NCBI GenBank assembly: GCA_035193785.1
Contig: CP136572.1
Location: 704,001 to 768,000, forward strand
Length of the DNA: 64,000 nucleotides
Direction: 5' to 3'
Source of the DNA: Planktothrix sp. GU0601_MAG3
GTDB lineage: Bacteria > Cyanobacteriota > Cyanobacteriia > Cyanobacteriales > Microcoleaceae
Part shown: positions 59,088 to 64,000 of the stretch, in pieces
Layout of the letters: each line of letters begins with the position of its first letter
Position numbering within the stretch: position 1 is the stretch's first letter
Made by a program: the position numbers and the translations under genes
Notes under the pieces: model-generated
The model's input: the letters and a program-made list of their open reading frames with translations, nothing else
Told to the model about the DNA's origin: nothing
The model's database searches: none

Positions 59088-59375
59088 TCACCCAAAACTC
59101 TGTAGAGTTAAATTAATTGTCATATCGAATTTCAGTATAATAGATAACAATTAATTGCAGCAAAAAATCATAATTTTTCAATGAGATTCCCCGGTTGCGG
59201 TGGGAATTTTCCAGAAAAAGGCTCAATTAATGGACAAACTCCGGCAATTAATTATACAATGGAGGGTAACACCCCTCATCAGGGTAATATTCAATTTTAT
59301 TGAATTCAGATCTTCCATCTTGTATAAACAAATGGAGTTTTCCTAACCCAATTTTGATTGAGGGAGTGTCAAATC

Positions 59376-61498
59376 GTGGACAAACAAGTTCAACCCACTA
59401 CTATTTCCAACCCTTCTGACCCTCCAGGGACTGGGTTCGGTGCCCCGAATTCCGCCGACTCTAATCCCGATCATTTCCGTCGCTTCGTGGAATATCTGCC
59501 GACGGCCATGGCCATGGTTGACCCGCAACTGCGATATTTGGCCGTATCCCGCCAATGGCAACAGGACTATGGCGGAGAAAATATGAATTTAATTGGTTCG
59601 GCCCATCAACAATGGTTTCCCCATTTACCGGAAATTTGGTATCAGAATGCCGAACAATCTTTGGAGGGGAAATTGCCCCGTTGGGAATTGGAAACCTACC
59701 ACCCCGTAGCCCAGGGTTTTCTATTCAGTGGAATAAATGGGTAGTTCAACCTTGGCAAACCGCATCGGGGGAGATTGGCGGGTTAATTTTGTATTTGGAA
59801 GTAATTACGCCTCAAAAACAATTACAAGAAAAATTACAACTGACTCAAAAGGCATTTGATCAGGCGGCAACGGCTATTTTTTGGATGACTTTAGAAGGTA
59901 ATTTTTGCTATGTGAATCAATCCGCCTGTCGGATGTTGGGCTATACGGAAAGCGAATTACTGCAACTGAATGTTCATAATATTGATCCCGATTTAACTAC
60001 CGTGGTTTGGCAGGAATATTGCCAAGAATTAAAGCGAAAAGGATCATTAACCTTTGAGTCCAGCTATCAAAGAAAATCCGGTTCTATTTTCCCGGTTAAT
60101 TTTAAGATTAATTATTTAGAATTAGAGTCCTCCGATCCGACTTTAACCGTTGAAACCGAATTCGGTGCAGTTTCCGTTCCTGGTCTGCCCTTAATTTGTG
60201 GTTTTGCCTATGATATTTCCGAACAAAAATCCACTTCCTCTGCCATTTTAGCCTCAAAAGATCAATTGGAAGCGGTATTAAATGCCGTCCCCGGGTTAGT
60301 TTCTTGGATTAGTTCCGATTTGAAATATTTAGGGGTGAATCGCCACTTAGCCAATTCCTACAATGTTCCGGCGGAAACCTTCATTGGGAAAGAGGTGGGA
60401 TTTCTCCAAACCAGCCCAGAATTTAATCAATTTGTCTATGAATTTTTTGCTCAAGATAATTGGAAAAGTTCCCGGGAATTGACAGCAAATGTCCGAGGAT
60501 TTCCCTGTACTTATTTGATTGTCGCCCAAAAATATCACCGAGGTTCGGCGGCGGTTTTTGTCGGTTTAGATATTACGGAACGTCAACAAATGGAGCAAGC
60601 ACTGAGGTGCAGTGAAGAACAAGAAGCGAAACGACGAGCCGAATTAGAAATCATTTTAACTCAACTTCAACGCACCCAAACCCAACTAATTCAAACCGAA
60701 AAAATGTCATCTTTGGGGCAGTTGGTGGCGGGAATTGCCCATGAAATTAATAATCCCGTGAGTTTTATTTCGGGAAATATTGTTCATGCTAAAAATTATA
60801 TTGAAGATTTAATGAATTTAGTTACTTTATATCAACAGTATTATCCTGAAATTATTCCTGAAATTGCCGATGAGATAGAAGAAGTTAATTTGAGCTTTTT
60901 AAAGCAGGATTTACCCCGGATGTTAGAGTCGATGAAAGTGGGAGCAGAACGAATTAGAGATGTGGTGCGATCGCTGCGTCATTTCACCCGTTTAGATGAA
61001 TCTCAAATGAAGTTTGTCGATATTCATGAAGGGTTAGATAGTACAATATTAATCTTACAAAATCGTCTGCAAGCAAAGGCCGGAAGATCGGGTATTACTT
61101 TAGTGAAAGAATATAGTGCGTTACCCAAAGTAGGTTGCTATGCGGGACAACTAAATCAAGTGTTTATGAATTTACTTACCTACACCATTGATCGTTTAGA
61201 AGCTACCAGTTTGAAGGATGATTTAGTCGATCAACCTAAGATTATCATTCGTACCTATTTAGATAATAAAAATACCGTGGCTATTTCGATTGCGGATAAT
61301 GGAATTGGGATGTCGGAAATAGAAAGGAAAAGTATTTTTGATCCGTTTATTCCCCCACAATTACAGGGAAAAGGTACCAGTTTAGGATTATCAATTGCTT
61401 ATCATTTAGTCACGGACAAACACCACGGGGAACTCACCTGTTTTTCAGCATTAGGAACCGGAACTAACTTTTTAATTGAAATTCCTTTGGGGAATTAG
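59376..61498 (+). CDS. Multi-PAS sensor histidine kinase; frameshift at ~59718
   Basis: Three PAS-like segments, EKMSSLGQLVAGIAHEINNP H-box, ADNGIG G1 box. Confidence 0.9.
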
Positions 61499-61553
61499 AC
61501 CGGATTTAAAATATACAGGGAATGGGGGTATTGCTGAATTAAAGTATAAAAAA

Positions 61554-62150
61554 TTATTGCCAAATTTCCGTTAAATCTAATATGAATCCGGGTAGGATAT
61601 CTTCACCAGATAAACTCAAAGGTTGTTGTATAATTTCTATATCCTGATTTGGTCGATAAATACTAACGGTTTGATGTTTTCGGTCAATTAACCAACCCAA
61701 ACGCACACCATTATCTATATATTCTTGCATTTTCTCTTGCAGTGCATTTAAACTATCGGTTTTGGAGCGTAATTCTAAGACAAAATCAGGAGATAAGGGG
61801 GGAAATCCTTCCTGTTGTTCAAGGGTGAGTTGATCCCATCTTTCCTGACGTATCCAGGCAGCATCGGGGGAACGATTTGCACCATTAGGAAATAGAAACC
61901 CTGTGGAAGAATTAAAGACTTGACCGAGTTTGGTTTGACGATTCCATAACCATAACTGTCCTTCGAGATCAATATTTTTTTTCCCTGTAATTCCTCCGGT
62001 GGGTGGCATAACCATTAATTCTCCATTAACAGTTCTTTCTAACTTTAAATCTCGGTTAGCGATCGCAATTTCCTTAAATTGTTCAGGAGTTACGGTTAAT
62101 TGAACCGTCGAGGGAATATTAACAGGTAATGTAGAGGATGATAGTACCAT
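61554..62150 (-). CDS. Uma2 family endonuclease
   Basis: LERTVNGELMVMPPTG, RSPDAAW, PDFVLELRS, KMQEYIDNGVRLGWLID. Confidence 0.92.
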   Translation of the reverse strand: MVLSSSTLPVNIPSTVQLTVTPEQFKEIAIANRDLKLERTVNGELMVMPPTGGITGKKNIDLEGQLWLWNRQTKLGQVFNSSTGFLFPNGANRSPDAAWIRQERWDQLTLEQQEGFPPLSPDFVLELRSKTDSLNALQEKMQEYIDNGVRLGWLIDRKHQTVSIYRPNQDIEIIQQPLSLSGEDILPGFILDLTEIWQ

Positions 62151-62357
62151 CGTTTTATCCTTAAACTTTAATTCCTATTATAAACCCCCCTCAAATCAAA
62201 AAAGGGGGAGACGGGAAGCTTAGGATCGAAGTCTCCCCCTGCCCCCCTGCTCCCCTGCTCCCCCCCTACGGGGCATTTCGGGGATAATTTAGCTTCTTCC
62301 GCAAGAAGCCCCACGACTGACCCGATAGGGCAGCGTGGGATGAATTGCGGTCAGGGA

Positions 62358-62777
62358 TTATCGGAAACAATCAGGTTGATTTTGATTCTCGATATATCGT
62401 CTCAGGGTTGAAATAGTTATTCCACCGCAACTTGCAACAAAATAAGAACCATTCCAAAAAACATCTTTCCAATAAAAAGAGCTTAAATAATCAGAGAATT
62501 CTTGCCTGAGTTTTCGAGATGTCACGGATTTGAGGTTGTTAACTAAATTACTCAGAGCAATATCTGGATGATATTGAAAAAGAAGATGAACATGATCATC
62601 TTCACCATTAAACTCAATTAATTTACAATCCCACTTTTGGAGTAATTCTTCAAGGATTTCATGCAGCCGATTCAGCATTTCAAGAGTAAAAACCCTCCGT
62701 CTGTATTTGGTCGTCAAAACCAAGTGAACCTTTAGATCGCTAACAGATCTACCTTTGCTGACAAAATCATTTTTCAT
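62358..62777 (-). CDS. tnpA: IS200/IS605 Y1 (HUH) transposase
   Basis: HLVLTTKYRR, EDDHVHLL (HUH), LKSVTSR, FWNGSYFVASCGG, RYIENQ. Confidence 0.96.
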   Translation of the reverse strand: MKNDFVSKGRSVSDLKVHLVLTTKYRRRVFTLEMLNRLHEILEELLQKWDCKLIEFNGEDDHVHLLFQYHPDIALSNLVNNLKSVTSRKLRQEFSDYLSSFYWKDVFWNGSYFVASCGGITISTLRRYIENQNQPDCFR

Positions 62778-62855
62778 GATTCCCCACATTTTAAAACTTG
62801 TGCTATAGTCAGTGTATAGTAAAATCATAACACCCAACCTAGGAGGTGATTCAAA

Positions 62856-64000
62856 GTGCTGAAGGTTACAAAGGTTAGGCTCTATCCAACAGCCGAACAG
62901 GAATTGGCGTTAGCCAAGTCATTTGGTTGTGCAAGATGGTATTGGAATTTTGCCTTAAATGCCTGTATTCAGCACTATCAAGAAACTGGCAAAAGCCTAA
63001 AATTAGCATCTTATAAAGGAATGCTCCCTCAACTCAAAAAAGAATATCCTTGGCTCAAAGAAGATTGCTACTCATCGGTTTCTCCAATCTGTAGCTATAA
63101 ACTTAGATAGAGCTTACAAAAACTTTTTTGAGGGACGAGCTAAATTTCCTAATTTCAAATCTAAACATCACAAGCAATCAATTCAGTATCCTCAAAGTGT
63201 TACTGTTAACGGTGAATATCTAAAAGTCCCTAAGATTGGTGAAATTAAAGCGATATTTCACCGAGAAATTACGGGGAAAATTAAAACAGTAACAATCTCC
63301 AAAACTTCGACCGATAAATACTTTGCTTCCCTCTTATGTGAGGTAGAAGGAACTGACGTTAAACAGTCGGGAGACAACATTATTGGGATTGATTTAGGGT
63401 TGAAAGATTTCGCAATTATTCACAATGGAGAGAATGCAACTAAATACGCCAACCCTAAACATTTATATCGTCATCAGAAAAATTTAGCCCAAAAACAGAA
63501 AAAACTCTCTCGAAAAACTAAAGGTAGTAAATCGAGAGAGAAATTTAGAAAAACTGTAGCTAAGGTTCATGAGAAAATCACCAATTCCCGCCAAGATTTC
63601 TTACATAAATTATCAAGAAAATTGGTAAACGAAAGCCAAGTCATTGTCGTTGAAAACCTCAATGTCAAGGGAATGGTTAAAAACCGGAAGCTATCAAAAG
63701 CAATATCTGATGTGAGTTGGGGAAAATTCGTCAACTTTATTGATTACAAGTTAAAGCAAAAAAGTGGTGAACTTGTAGAAATTGATCGCTTTTTCCCTAG
63801 TTCCAAAACCTGCTCCTGTTGTGGTCATATCCTAGATGAATTATCTCTGGATATCAGAGAATGGGATTGTCCAAATTGCCATACTCACCATGACCGTGAC
63901 GAAAACGCTGCGCTTAACATCAGGAATGAAGGAATCAGGATATTAACTGAAGGCGGAGGGAACCCCGTCTTTGCCGATGGAGGCTGTGTAAGTCTACCTG
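62856..64000 (+). CDS. tnpB: RNA-guided endonuclease TnpB; extra T at ~63079; runs off the window end
   Basis: RLYPT...FGCARWYWN, GIDLGLKDF, VVENLNVKGM, PSSKTCSCCG, WDCPNC...HDRDENAALNI; RuvC D/E/D present. Confidence 0.95.

Larger units (their letters stand above)
62299..64000. mobile_element. IS200/IS605-family element (divergent tnpA and tnpB), truncated by the window end
   Basis: Subterminal hairpin 62299-62350 (CCGCAA...CCCACG...CGTGGG...TTGCGG), Y1 transposase and TnpB. Confidence 0.93.

Overview
Chromosomal segment of a filamentous cyanobacterium. Dense HIP1 GCGATCGC sites, heptamer STRR arrays and the gene set fit an Oscillatoriales strain, probably Planktothrix-like (inference). Recognisable genes: ycf3, gatC, a stand-alone psbD, puuE, sbcC, proB, rne, tadA, purL (with a LAGLIDADG intein), purF, hemW, lipA, tRNA-Asp(GTC) and tRNA-Pro(CGG). 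An IS200/IS605 element (tnpA + tnpB) runs off the right edge. Three main observations. (1) A tight minus-strand cluster (25928->18033) encodes a coiled-coil protein, a membrane-spanning protein (longin/roadblock-like - TM - BON - OmpA), a translationally coupled Rab-like GTPase, and a diguanylate cyclase and an adenylate cyclase with paralogous N-terminal domains: a candidate envelope-to-second-messenger GTPase system. (2) About 30 apparent frameshifts are almost all one extra base at GAAC/GTTC. This is a systematic sequencing artefact that may be the footprint of a DNA modification; GAAC/GTTC is a known Dnd phosphorothioation motif. These genes are treated as intact. (3) A multi-stem leader with a mutually exclusive SD-sequestering hairpin lies upstream of an SDR gene. 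Also present: an orphan TnpB omega-RNA-like cassette, GTAG-type REP arrays that amplify neighbouring gene ends, and a PhoD homolog lacking its metal ligands. All calls were made by eye; no searches were run.
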